64,000 nt of DNA from Camelus ferus (lineage: Eukaryota), in the NCBI RefSeq assembly GCF_009834535.1, contig NC_045697.1:5272001-5336000 (forward strand). The letters run 5' to 3'. Of this stretch, positions 49,631 to 62,282 are shown in pieces. The notes below the pieces were generated by a model. It ran no database searches, had not been told where the DNA came from, and saw only the letters and a list, made by a program, of their open reading frames with translations. Positions within the stretch are counted from its first letter, which is position 1. Each line of letters starts with the position of its first letter. The translations under genes were made by a program, and so were the position numbers.

Positions 49631-51276
49631 TCTCTTAGGATGCAGAGCTGGTCATTAGGAGGAATCAGCTCAACCCAGCCGTTCACTCCAGGAAGCAAAG
49701 CGGGGCAGCTGTCTGGCCCATCTGAAGGTACAGGGCACTTGATACAGAAGTGCAAATCCTCCCCGAGCAGCCCAGAACCTGCCAAAACAGCCTGTCACGG
49801 GCTGATTCCCTCGCACACGCGGTCAACCAGCCTGAAACAACCATCACAAATCCGTTTCCTGTTTTGACAGCTCTGCTGTCCACCGTGTCACTGCTCTGAA
49901 ACAGGCCCCTCCTGCTGCTTCTGGAGGGCTGCCGGGCTTCTAGTAAGGATCCTGGGGCGGGGGAGTCAATCCCATGGAAAGTGGCACAAATGGATGGTTT
50001 AAAGGGCTGACGTTTAAATGTGTTAAGTGTTCACAGCCTTCAGCCTTCAACTCCTCGGCATCACCCAGCAAGGCTGAGGGCGATCGTGGGCACTGGTGGT
50101 GGCCTGGTCCGTCACCGTAAGAAGCTGTCAGTACCCCACGTCAACCGCCCCGCCCCTGACCCGGCTTGGCTGAGCATGTGAGAGAGAGACACAGAGACAG
50201 AGAGACCTTTCCATCAAATTCAAACTCTGCCACTCACTAGCTGAGTGTCCCTAAAAGTCATTCACATTTTTGGAACTCGGCTTTCTCATCTGGCAAATGA
50301 GGGACTTGGACGACATCAGTGCTTTCAAACCCAGAGGAATCCTGGAAATTTCTGGACGTGCTTGGCCAAGTTTAAAATCCTAAGCTTGAGAAAAAGAGAA
50401 TGCCGTTCCAGAGTTCTATTCCAGGCAGCACCGTGATGGCTGTGAGCCTGCCCTGAGCCCTGCTGAGAATGGGACCTTGTCCGGCGAGCTGGGGTATGGC
50501 CGGAGATCACATTTATTTCTCCCACGTTTTGCCTCCTGCCGAACTACTATTACCTCAGTATCTTCTTCCATCCTGTTCACCGATAGAGCAATTAAGTAGC
50601 AAGTATTTAATGCCAGTGTGGGCTGAAGGAAAAGGCAGAACCAGCCCAAGCTGGCCCCTGAGTTCAGATCCCTCAATCGCTCTGTGCTCCGAGCCCCAGA
50701 TGCAAATCGTGGATGCTAACAGGTAGCAAGAACTGGAGAACTTGATGTATGTGGCATTGCCGGCACATCTATGGTCCTCCATAAAATGCAGATTTCTCTT
50801 TCTTAAGATAATCAAGGCTTAGGGCTTGACCATGCCATAAAGAATAAAAATAAGGATTTTAGCTCCAAGAATTGTTTTACTTGGCTGCAGCAAAAAGACA
50901 AGCGCTGTCGCTTTACACGTCTGCTGGGGACAGTAGAAGACTTTCCTCGATGTGTCTGTGGAGGTGAGCAGCTACTCTTCAAAGCAGGTGAGACCAGCTC
51001 CCAGGGGGCTCCCTCACCTGAAGATTTTTCTAGAGTTCCTCTTTGGAAACTAATTTCAGAGCCAGAGAAATGTTTTTAGAATACACGATCATTGTTGGTG
51101 ATCGGCTCATTCCTTCAGCACACGATGGCTTGGAGCAGGAGCTTTGTCTCGGTGTGGGAGACACCAGGACACGTGGTCACGAGTGTGAAAGTTCATTATC
51201 GATGCTGCTGTTTTCAGTATTTTTGATAATGGTATCCCTGTTCCAAAGCATTCGGTAACCTGGTTTGATTATTTTT

Positions 51277-51578
51277 TTTTACTGAAGTATTGTTGATTCA
51301 CAATTCTGTGTTAGTTTCTGGGATGTAGAATCTAAAAAACATGATACAAATGAACTTATTTACAACACGGAAGCAGACCCACAGACATAGAAAACAAACT
51401 TGTGGTTACCAAAGGGGAAAGGAGAGGGGAGGGATAAATTAGGAGTTTGGAATGAGCAGATACAAGCTACAATATACAAAATAGAGCAACAACAAGGTCC
51501 TGCTATATAGCACAGGGAACTACATTCAATTTCTTGTAATAACGTATCCTGAAAAAGAATATGACAATATATATATAA
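51277..51578 (-). mobile_element. L1 3' fragment with twin-priming 5' inversion
   Basis: Minus terminus 51277-51321 plus plus-strand segment 51322-51578; perfect 17-bp TSD ctggtttgattattttt (51260-51276 / 51579-51595). Confidence 0.9.
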
Positions 51579-51836
51579 CTGGTTTGATTATTTTTAATGT
51601 CAACATTTATTTAGAGCTAAGTATAGCAGCTCAGAAAACATTAAATGGAGCGCTAATAAGAATGTCTTCATCCTGCTCTCATTGCTTTTCATAAAATCAC
51701 ATATTTTATCCTCATGGCACACCTGTGAAAAGGGGATGATTGCTCCTATGATACGGATGTGAAAAATGAGGTTCAGAGAGGGCACAGTTCTTATCTGAGG
51801 TCACACAGCTGAGCTACCATTAAAATCCAGATTCCC

Positions 51837-51970
51837 TGAAATACAGCCAGTATTTCATAATAACCATGAATAGAGTCTGCCCTTTAAAACTGAATCACTA
51901 TGTTGTACTCCAGAAACTTATATAATATTGTCGATCAACTAGACGTCAATTAAAAAAAAAAAAGAAAAAG
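51837..51970 (+). mobile_element. Short L1 3' terminus
   Basis: tgaatcactatgttgtac... plus poly(A); TSD aaatccagattccc / aaatctagattccc. Confidence 0.8.
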
Positions 51971-52084
51971 AAATCTAGATTCCCAGGGCAAGTCAGTAAG
52001 AGTGACACAGCAGCACTAGACCCGTCCTCTCATCACTGTGGGAAATTTCATTCCTCACCCTCCCCGTATCCAGAGCCTTCATCC

Positions 52085-52462
52085 AGTGATTTCTCAATTC
52101 TTTGCTCTCCAAGAAAGAATACTTCCCACCCTTTGACCTTGGGTTCAGCCATGTGACTTGCGTTGGCCGATGGAAAGTTAGCAGGTGTGACCTGACCAAT
52201 GGCATGATTGGGCTTCCATGCTGTTGCCAGGAGAGTAGGCCTGGGTTCATGTACTGGACCCTGGAGGAGATTGAAAAGCATGTGGACCAGAACCTCATCA
52301 CCCAGATGATCCTTGCTGAGATCAACCGGCTAGCGGACACATGACAGAGCACAGCCAAGATAAGCCAACCTCCAGCTGATCCGTGAACTAAATAAATGCT
52401 TACTGCTGTGTGCAGATGAGATCCTGGGCTTGCTTGTTGTGCGGCATTATTGTGGGTAGCTT
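52085..52462 (+). mobile_element. MaLR LTR (MLT1H/I-like)
   Basis: atacttcccaccctttgaccttggg..gccatgtgacttgc...aataaatgcttactg. Confidence 0.75.
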
Positions 52463-54095
52463 ATCCATCATCTCCTCCTATTCCTAGACCACAATGGCAG
52501 CTATAGTGCAACACAGTTCCCCTCACTATATGAAGTACACCAAGGACCTACCCAGTGGCTCAGACACAGGATAAATGCAGCAGACCTTCTTAGAGCATCT
52601 TATCTTACTGGATATACCACTCAATGCATTGCTTCTATGTTTAAAAAAAAAACAACTCTGTTATAATATACCACGAGATGCAAAGTTTGTATAAATTAAG
52701 ATAAAATACTAGACTCAAATTACATTTTCCTTGTTGGAGGGGACCACTATAAACTTCCCTCTAGAACCTCCCAGACAACCTCTCTCTAATAGGAATACTT
52801 CTGTGGGAAAATGAAGCATTGATCTAATGGGAATTTGGACCAAGAAGCACAGGGAGAAAGTTCTGGTGTTTTCCAGGGTATGCCCTTAGGCAAGTCATTA
52901 GCTTCCAGGAGCCTCATTTATTAAATGGGCCCAGGTTCCCATCCCGGAGTGTGAGGAGAATCAGACAGCATAAGGGGCTTCAGGTTGCAAGTAGAAGATA
53001 ATGGATGATTCTTCAGGCCTAATACATGAATAGCAATAACAGCAAGATTCTGTTGGCACCAGCACATCTTTCCACCTTCCTCTAGCAGTTGCTCTGCTTG
53101 GGAGCTGAAAGCAGTCAGATCCTCCTCTTGGAATTCAAGGGAGGCACACACAGCTCAGGGGGGACCTCTGAAATCACGGCGTGCTCGTGCCAAGACCCTA
53201 ATGAGGGCCTTTCACACTGGCGCTTCTATTATTTGACATCCAGGAGTGTTTACAGATGCCAGCAGGGGTTGGCTCACTGTCCAGAACCTTCAGGCTGACA
53301 CGGTCTCTTCCCTGCAAATAAGCGAAGCCTTGAAATACTGCGTTTTTATTTGTGCCGTGGGCTTTCTTAAAAATAACACGGTCTCTGCTGTGGTCTCCGT
53401 TCTGTGCTATAATGCTCTTGTCCTCAGCAGGAGAGCAGGGTGAGTGGAAGGATTTGCAGCCCGTGGGTCATGAGGGGATTTTCAGGGGTCTCTAGACCTG
53501 CGGTATGTCTAAGCCTTCTGGGTTGAGACGTTAGAGAACCCAGTTGCCCAGCTGAGAAACCCAAGGCTCATCCTTGGCCTCTACCTGTCTGCCCCACTTC
53601 TACCGGGAAGCTCACCCAACCCCATGGACTGCAGCTCAGAATCTCCCTCAGGTGGGCCCCGACTCCCTGTCCTGCAGCCCCACCCACGTCCAGACCCATT
53701 GCCTCTGCGCCAGGCGTGTTGCCACACCCCTCCCCGCCACCCCTCGTCTGCTCTACAAGAGATCCCTCTTGCTGAAACTAGTTCTGATAGCATCTTCAGT
53801 GGTTTCCCATTGCCAGCGGTAGAGGTCCAGCTTCCTTAGTTTAGAATACAAAGACCTTTCCAACCTGGCTCCAGCTCTCCTATTCAGCCTCGTCACTGCC
53901 CCGCCCTCCCTGGCATAAGACACTTGAGCTGTGCCAGTTCGACCACAAGCCCCATCCTGCCATGCCTTCTCCTGCGTCTGCTGGCCTCCTTTCTCTGCCT
54001 GGGAGACTTCCATCTGGCCAAGGATCCTAAGTCAAATATGAGTACCTTGGTGAAGATTTTCATTCATCAGCAAAAGTTTACTAAGGCGCTGGGGA

Positions 54096-55412
54096 CAGGG
54101 CCAGCCTCACAGACGTGGGATCTGGGCAATTTCATGGACCTCACACCCAGAAGGACCCCAAGCTTGATTTAATGCTCTGCTATCACCATCTTGAAATCCT
54201 TAATGATTTTGTCTTCGAGCTTGTGTTTCGTAAGTGGAGTCCAGTGGGGCCATAGAGAGTGCCTGTGAGCAAAGGAGACACACGCAACATGGGTGTCTGC
54301 CATTCCCATGCCACGCGATCCACATATAGCATTCCCGGGGCCCCAGGAGCACAGAATTCCCATGGAGCTGCAATGCTGGAGTTCAGCGATTCTCAAAGCA
54401 AGTTCAAGGTAAATGTTACACCTATGACTGAGTAGGAGGGGCTCCGATAGCCTCCAGAGGCCACACTTCTCGTTACAACCAGAACTAGTGTCAAATGTGG
54501 AAATAAGACCATGACGTTATAGGAAACACCAATGACCGAGGAATCCTATCCGATCCCCTCCATCTCCTGTCTTCCCTGTATCAGCCAATCTCACGCTGAG
54601 AACAATGACACAGAAGGAAAGGAAGGAAAGATCGAGTGACCCACCGTTTCTTTACCTTTCCGTCCTTCCCCACTCATCTGTGAGCTGAGGACTGAGTGTG
54701 CTGGTGGAGTGTGTGCACATCAAGAAGTGAAATGACACAAATAAATTAATTTACAAAACAGAAACAAACTCACGGACAGAGAAAACAAACTTACGGTTAC
54801 CAGTGGCGAAGGAGGTGGGGAGGAATAAATTGGGAGTTCAAGATTTGCAGATACACACTACTGTATATAAAAGATAAACAACAAGGTCCTGCTGTATATC
54901 AAAGGGAACTACATTCAATTCCCTGTAGTGGCCTATAATAAAAAGGAATATGAAAAGGAATATATATATGTACAACTGAATCATTACGATGTACACCAGA
55001 AATTAACACAACGTTGTAAATTGACTATAGTTCATTTAAAAGGAAAAAAGAAGTGAAATGAGAACAGGCGAGTTACTTTTGGGCAGGTTCCCGTTTGGGT
55101 AAAACTGAACCACAGTGTGCACGTATGAGCTATGAACCTGTAATCCTGAGATTCTGCATCGGAGTTAAATGCTCTGAGATTTCCATTGAAAATAGGCATC
55201 ACCCAAATTAAATGATAAAAGTCATGCTAATAATTTTTATTTTTATTTACTTAGATTGCTATTAAATAGTAAATTTTTGAAAACATTATGAGAGTTCAAG
55301 AAAGAGGCCACAAAAGAAAAGAAGCTTTATATTTTTGTACCTTTGATGGCATTTTTTCCTCTTTTTTTGAACAAGCGACCTCTCATTTGTATTTTGCATT
55401 CAGTAGGCCCTG
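54096..55412 (+). mobile_element. hAT-Tip100 fossil (MER91 ends, Zaphod-like long derivative)
   Basis: TIRs cagggcc...ggccctg; 8-bp flanks gctgggga / cctggggg; tttaatgctctgctatcaccatcttgaaat matches the MER91A-type left arm. Confidence 0.75.
54736..55047 (+). mobile_element. L1 3' UTR fragment nested in the hAT fossil
   Basis: Perfect 14-bp TSD aagaagtgaaatga (54722-54735 / 55048-55061). Confidence 0.92.
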
Positions 55413-56422
55413 CCTGGGGGGACATATAAGACCAGGAGGGGTCCCCTGCCCTCAGGGAGCTGAGGACCCAGAGTGAGGACAGATGTGAGACAGATGTTTC
55501 AGCCACAGACCTGGGGGTCCCATCTCTGTGTCCACCCCTTCCCAGCACCTGGGCCACTTCATGGTCACTGTTTACTGTCCTTCCACCTCTAGACTGTGGG
55601 GCACATGCGCTGGTGCCCAGGATCCCTCAGTGAGTGTCTCTTGAATGAACAGATGACCTTTGACTTGGTACCTTCTCTTTGTTCACATCATTAATTGATC
55701 CCCCATCTCCGTCCACTAGGGGATATGGTACTTCTAGAGACGCCTGTTTTGAATTAAATCCCTCTTGGCCACTCTTTCTAAAGTGCATGCGCACGTGCAC
55801 TGCACACACACACACACTGCAATTGCTTTTTGTTAAGGCTGTGAGGACACACAGATTAACCTAGAGGTGAGATGCTCCCGGGGCCCCAGGAGTTAAACAG
55901 GAGTCAGTGTCTTCTGTGGATCTCCGTTGTTGGACCTGCATCCTAGAGATTCAAGGGCTCATTTGGTAGCTGAATCCCAGAACCTTGGCAACATAAGGGT
56001 CAATATCCCCAACGCCAGCCTTCGCCAATGTCAACCTTCCCAGGTAGTCATGTTTCACTGCAGTTTCCTGTGGGTGTGTCTGCCTTGTGCAGTTCATTTG
56101 AATGAATGGGTTGATTCGATGACTCATAGGTGAAAGAATCAAGGAAAGAGTATCAAGCTAGAATAACTCAAGCACGGACCCCAAGACCCTCTCACCCTTG
56201 TTGCCTCGTGCTGACCTAGGGCTGGTAGCCAGACCAATCACATCAAGTTCCAGCTTTTCGGAGGCTGTTGGGTGGGGGGGACAATTGCATAGGCTTCAGA
56301 GCCAGATGGACAAGGGTTCAAATCCCAGCAGTCCTGCTACTTTCTGTGACTTTGGGTAAATCACTGATCCATTCAAAGACCTACTCATATCTGAAAAATG
56401 GGGGGAAAATACCTTGTGGGGC

Positions 56423-56584
56423 TTTTTTTTTTCATTTGTTTTGTTTTTTTTTTAAACATTTTATTTTTTATTTTGGGGGGTGGTAATTGGATTTGTTTAG
56501 TTTTTTAATGGAGGTACAGGGGTTTGAACCCAGGACCTCATGCATGCTAGGCATGTCCTCTACTACTGAGCTATACCCTCCCCC
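56423..56584 (-). mobile_element. tRNA-Ala-derived SINE (vic-1-like) inserted in a MIR
   Basis: gaacccaggacctcatgcatgctagg...ctgagctataccctcccc; TSD ac(c/t)ttgtggg. Confidence 0.92.
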
Positions 56585-56994
56585 ACTTTGTGGGATTTTA
56601 AAGGACTATTTTATATAATGTATATTTTTGAATTGGCAATTCCTGGCAGTGATTGTTATCCTGATTTTCCTCCATCCCCTCGATGCACACAGAAATCTTA
56701 AGGCAGCCACTATGGGAGGAAATAGCTTTCAAGGTCATAAGAGCTTTCATCTGTGCTACTTGGCCCCCAAGATGTTTTTCATGTACTAGCATGAGTGACT
56801 GACAGATGAGGGTGAACTACAGCAGAGGGCGGAAGGCAGGACAGGCATTTACTGAGCTGAACTGAGTCCAGGTCCCTCCCCTGCTCTCTGTTTCCATTAA
56901 AGGCAAAGTTGCTCCCTACTTCCCAGGCCCCTTTATCGCCCTCCCCTCACCCCACTCTGTGCTCTCAGTTGCCATGTGCTGGTGGTTTGGGCTT

Positions 56995-57400
56995 CATGTA
57001 TTCATTCACCAAACACTGGCTGAGTACCCACTGTGTGCCTGGCACCCTCCTGGCCACTGCGGGTCTCGTGGGGAGAAAGCAAGGGGTCCCTGCCCTCGCA
57101 GAACTTAGAGTTGTGGAAGAAAACAGACCCTAAATAATGGCACCAAATACACATTTTATTGCATATTGTGGTCAGTGTTCCTGGAGGACAGGATGGAGTG
57201 AGGGTGGGGTGGTGGTGAGTACAAAACACTGTCAGGTGGGAGGAGAGAAGGCCCTTCTAAGAAAGGATTTAATTAGAGATAGAAGGAGCTGGCTAGGTAA
57301 AAAGACTTGACAACAAAGGAAATAGCACATGCAAAGGCCCTGAGGTAGGAAAGAGTTCTGTGGGTATGGCTGGACTATAGCAAGCACGGTAGAGATGGCA
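56995..57400 (-). mobile_element. L2 relic
   Basis: attcattcaccaaacactggctgagtacccactgtgtgcc...gcacatgcaaaggccctgagg. Confidence 0.7.
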
Positions 57401-57404
57401 TAAC

Positions 57405-57650
57405 AGTAGCTCACATTTACTGAGCGCTGAGAGTGTGCCCAGCACTCTTCTAAGGGTTCCAGAGGAAGTGACTCATTTAATCCTCACAACAATCCTGTAA
57501 GAGAAGCTATTACTATTTTTATCATTATTTTGCAGATAAAGCTGAGACCCAGAGAGGTTAGGTGACCAGCCCACAGCCACCCAGATCATCAGTAATCAAG
57601 CCTGGATTCAGTCTCAGGCAGTCTTGCTCTAAAGCCCTGCCTGATGCACT
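57405..57650 (-). mobile_element. Near full-length MIR
   Basis: catttactgagcgct...ctcatttaatcctcacaacaatcctg...cccagagaggttagg. Confidence 0.85.
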
Positions 57651-58140
57651 GAGCTGCCTTCCACAGAAGAGGCTGCAGAAGGAGCTGGGGGACACCTAAG
57701 GCTACATTACAGAGTCTCTGTTTTCCTTTAAAACAGCTCTTGTCTTTGTTCCTTAGATTTGGATCCTAATTCTCCTACTTGCTAAGTGGCTGGTCTTAGA
57801 CAAATTCCTCAACCAGCCTTTATTTCACTGCAAAACTATCTAGTATAGCCCTTCCACGTGCCAGTCACAGTGCTGGGGTGGGAGGAGACGGAGGGGTGAG
57901 CAAAAGCAGGGGTGGGCCTGCCGTCAAGTTACTCACTGTCTGCTTGAGGAGAAAGAGACTCATCGAATAGTCAAATGGAGACAAGGGCTCTGGGGCAGGA
58001 GTACAGTTCTGGGAGAAGCTATAATGAGGGTCCAGCCTGGGCAAGGAGTCAGGAAACTTTCCTTAAGGAAACTGCACCTGAGCTGAGAGCAGCAGGACAA
58101 GGAGGAAATAGCCAGGTGACGAAGGAGGTTGAGGTAGAAA

Positions 58141-58235
58141 TAGGGCTGCCAGATAAAATGCAAAACACCTAGTTAAACTCGTATTTTATAGAAACAACAA
58201 ATAATGTCTCATGTAAGTATGTTCCAAGTATACAT
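58141..58235 (+). mobile_element. MER53-like hAT fragment
   Basis: tagggctgccagataaaatgcaaaacacctagttaaa. Confidence 0.7.
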
Positions 58236-58392
58236 ATGGTGCTTAATAAAGTTTAGGTGCTACCAAGCTACCTCCGCTTCCTCCCCACCATCATTGCCTC
58301 CCTCTGTTTTTCAACTGCCTCCAACCAATTCTAGATTCCCCATCACTGGACCCTTGCAACTTCCCCCAGCTGCCTTCATTTAAGAAAGGAAT

Positions 58393-58560
58393 AATATCAT
58401 ATAATATTTGTCTTTCTCTGTCTGACTTACTTCACTTAGTATAATCTCTAGGTCACTATGCTGTACACTAGAAACTAACACAACATTGTAAATCAACTAT
58501 GATTAATCAATCAATCAATCAATCAATCTTTATTGCTTTAAGCCAAAAGAAAAAAAAAAA
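58393..58560 (+). mobile_element. Short L1 end with 5' inversion and (TCAA)n tail
   Basis: Minus segment tttgtctttctctgtctgacttacttcacttag joined to plus terminus tcactatgctgtacactagaaac. Confidence 0.75.
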
Positions 58561-58734
58561 GAATGGTTAGATTCTGATAAAAATTCTGATCAAAAAACCC
58601 TGGAAGTGAAGACTTTTGTTTGATATCAGCTTAAGCTACTCTGTTACAAAGTCCACGCAAGTAAGTATGATATTATACACTAATATTGGAAGACAATGGC
58701 TAATGAGTGAAAATGGCTGCTACAAAAAGGCCGC

Positions 58735-59270
58735 ATGTATTACCGGGATATGGAGTCAGTTGCTACAGCAGAGACCCAAGAAAAGCGTTTCTTTCCCACA
58801 TACACGGGCTAGCCGGGCAGCCATCCTGCTGCAGGGACCCAGCTTCTCCTCACTTGGTTGTTGTATCTTTGCTTTACAGTCAGCCTCTGATCATTCCAGC
58901 TTCTGATGTCTTTGTAGGTCTCTTTCTATTGTCTGTTATTTCTGTGGGTTACCTCTTGTGGAGTCTTGTTTCCATGTCTGGTTATGTTAACCACATGAAT
59001 GAACAAATGTTTCCACTGAGTCCACTGGCCCCATGTTTCTGCTTGAACCAGTGGAAAGGGAAGAAAGGGTGCTGAAGAGGGTATGGCCCTCCCCTGACAG
59101 GCACAACTCGGAGCTTATGCAAATCACACTCACACCTTTTGAGCAAAACTAAGCCAAATAGCCACAGTTGGCGGTAAATCCTGAGAAATGTAGTCCTCAC
59201 TTTGGCAGTGGCCATAGCTCAGCCAAAACGTAAGGCTTCTCTTACCATAGACAGGGGTAAGAATGGATGT
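58735..59270 (-). mobile_element. Old MaLR LTR relic (MLT1J/K-like)
   Basis: gccatcctgctgcagggacccagcttc...ctgagaaatgtagtc. Confidence 0.45.
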
Positions 59271-59603
59271 CGGAATCCACCAGCGGTTTCCCAAGAGCCA
59301 AGACTCAGAGGTCACTCAAAGTAGACTCAGCTGGCGCATCCTTCTGCTACAGCCCTGTTCCGCCTACAGAGAATGAGGACACAGAGGCCCTGGAACCTTG
59401 GTGGCTGGGAAGACCGAGATGCTGGGGAGGAGCAAAACCCAGAAACAAATCTTAGGCTAATTAGGACAAGCAGCTAAACGTGCTGTTCAGTGCCAGCCAC
59501 GATGAAAGGGCAAGTTTTCCACTGGAGTTGCTCGCAAATTCAAAGCAGCTTGCACAAAGGAGACACAGCTTGAAAAACTTCTGCGAATATATACTCACAG
59601 AAG

Positions 59604-59694
59604 ATATACACACACACACACACATACATACATACATATATATATATAGGGAGAGAGAGAGAGAGAGAGAGAGAGAGCGATTGAGAGAGAGAGA
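59604..59694. repeat. (CA)n(TA)n(GA)n compound microsatellite
   Basis: Seen directly. Confidence 0.92.
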
Positions 59695-60351
59695 CTTCAG
59701 CTTAGCCTAGCCCTGGAAGAACATCAGAGTTAGATTATGTCACATAATGAGGGACGACAGTTGATGCTAATGAGAAAAGTTACCATATTGGACTTATGTG
59801 TTTGCAGTTCTTTTAAAACCGGTCCTTATTTTATGTCTGTATTTATGTCTGCCAATTACTGAGTTGTTGAACATCTGTCTTGCTGCTTCAGTGAGATCAA
59901 GCCCTGTGTGATTTCATCTCTTGTTCACGCAGTGTAGCCTTAATGTGTGCCCACTCTCTGCCAGGTATGGCTCCAGGCCCAGCAGGGAGGCAGACCTTGC
60001 AAAGACTCAACTTTCTCCCCCAGGTTGTGTGTGTCATCCCTGGAAAGGTGCATCCATTAGGCCTACCTATCCATTTGCAGCAGCCCCACGGGGCTAAAGG
60101 CATTCTAGAAACTTCCACCATTGTGTTTGGTAGAGGTGATCCTATGGGAAGAAGAGACTCTGGGGAAAGACAGTCTTGGGTTGGAATCCTTCCTCCCCAG
60201 GTTCCCACTGCGTGGCCCTGGGTACTGGCTTTACCCTGAGAGTGAGGATCTCATGAGGCCTGGAAGCCAGCAGCTGGCATGGTGTAGATGTGAGAGCAGT
60301 GGGCTTAGGGAGCAAGTGGATTCTGTTTTAATCTTGGGTCTGACTCCTCTG

Positions 60352-60461
60352 TGGTAGCCAACTGTCCTGGTTTGCCGAGAACTGAAGGTTTCCAGGGATG
60401 TGGAAATCTTAGTGCTAAAGCCAGGACCATCCCAGGCCAACCAGGACAGTTGGTCACCCTC
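60352..60461. mobile_element. MER81-like hAT-Blackjack MITE inside a MIR
   Basis: Inverted repeats ccaactgtcctggtt (60358-60372) / aaccaggacagttgg (60439-60453); ends ggtcaccct. Confidence 0.8.
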
Positions 60462-61805
60462 CTACAAGGCAGGTGATCCTGGGTAAGATACACAACACTT
60501 CCGAGCCTCAATTTCTTTACATATAAAAATAGGGATGGTGACGTCTGCCTGGCAGAGGAGCTGTTGGGAGTAGAAAGAGTGCCTTGTGCAGAGGAATCAC
60601 CCTCATCATTATTAATAGTATTAATTTCTCCCCATCCTGTGCTCCTATTTTATAAAGGTCGATGCCCTAAGTTTACCACGAGTGTTCCCACAGCTCTGCC
60701 AGCCCATTTTAAAGCAGCCAAAATGAAGGGCTTTCTTCCTGATGCATTGTTTCTCCAGGGACGGGTCTGGGAAGGCTCCCAGCCCCTCAGGTCCCCCGAA
60801 TCCTGGACCTGAGTCCTTCCCTCCTTCCAGTGTGGTCAGTTACAAACCTTCCCTCCAGCCACTGTCATGGCCATTGCTGGGCTCTGCAGCTCCAAGACAA
60901 CCCCAAGCATGACCTTGTCCAACCTCATCTTAACTACATTCGAATTCCTTCCTAAAATGAATTATCAAGAAAAAAGAAGGCCAGATACAGGCTGGTGTTT
61001 CTTTGTCAAAGGAAAACAAAATTCACCCTTCATTCCAAGTAAAATTGTTTCATAATCCAGTGATTTCATCCAGCCTCCCAGGGTCCCAGAAGGAGCTAGA
61101 AGTCCTCAGGACATGGCTAAGTGCAGCAGCCCAGTCCTGTCCCAGAGAGATGTAAATGTGCAGGAATGTGGAGGCTTCTCCAACCTTCTCGGTCCTATCA
61201 CAAAGGACTCCCTTCTTCCTTTCCAAGCCCAGCCCTTCAGGTCTTTAGAATGGGAAACACGCAAGTTGATTGCAAATTAGATCCATTTGTGGAGACGGAG
61301 AGGGTGGAAAAAATGCCAGAACATTCTTTTTCTTTTCCTTCTTCAAGAAGGAAATACATGCATATTGATTCTGTGGGAAGCTTATCTTGGAGGTAAACCT
61401 GTGCCCCAGCTCCCCGGCTGTAGGAAGTTTTAGATGCAGACCTATTGGACTCAAGCCATCTTCTGAAAGTTAACAGAATGTTGCCCTGCCCCAGCTGAGG
61501 CCACCTGAACCATGACAAGGTGTGGCCACTGCCCCAGGAGTGATTCCAGGCACGGAACATGTGGAGGTTTTCAGGAGACCCTCTTCCTGGGCCCCTGCTA
61601 GGAGCCAGCCTCCTCCACATTGTGTCTCATGGACCAGAAAGGCATCCCAGGGCCATGTAAGCCAATCACAGGCCAGCGGCCCAGGGCACCAGGATGGATT
61701 TAAATCAACCAAGACCCCATCTCTGGAGCTGGGCTGGAGGCAGCCTCCCTTGAAGCTCGTGGCCGCAGGGACTGAGGAAGTTAGAGGATAGACAGTGATA
61801 AGAGC

Positions 61806-62282
61806 TACTGACTTTTTAAAAATGCACGGCCTAAACGCTGAGAATCGTGCTTTATTTGCTGGGCTTTCTGAGGACTTCAAGCCCGGGAGGCAGCCTCCCA
61901 GATCGCCCTAAGGGACTGCTCGGAAGAGGCAAGGGAGGAGCCACGATATGTGAGTTTTTGCAACAAAGACCGGTTTGTCAGAACATCAAAAGATTAGTGT
62001 TAATTAAAGAAAACAAGATGCCCCAAGTTAAGGAATTTAGCGCTTTTCTGTGTATGAGGATGTGCAAAATCTGGGCTCACTGAAATCGTCCCTTTGACGT
62101 GCACCCAGCCGTCTAGGGCCGGTGCCTGTTCTTCCCCATCCTGAGTCCCCTCAGGGGGCACCCCTGGGGGCGGCTGCAGAGGCTGGGCATCCTTTTTGTC
62201 ACCATCCTAGGTTTCCTCCAGCTCACCACCGGGGTGTCGGTAGTGGCTGATGGCTTGATGGCCACAGCAGCCTTTGTTTTAT
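61806..62282 (-). mobile_element. ERV1 LTR, ungulate MER41-like
   Basis: aaaatgcac...tttattt...aagggaggagcca...catcaaaagatta.tgttaattaaagaaaac...gtggctgatggcttgatggcc. Confidence 0.75.

Noticed and set aside
60352..60461. Hairpin as a miRNA precursor
   Set aside because: Explained by MITE terminal inverted repeats; no expression evidence.
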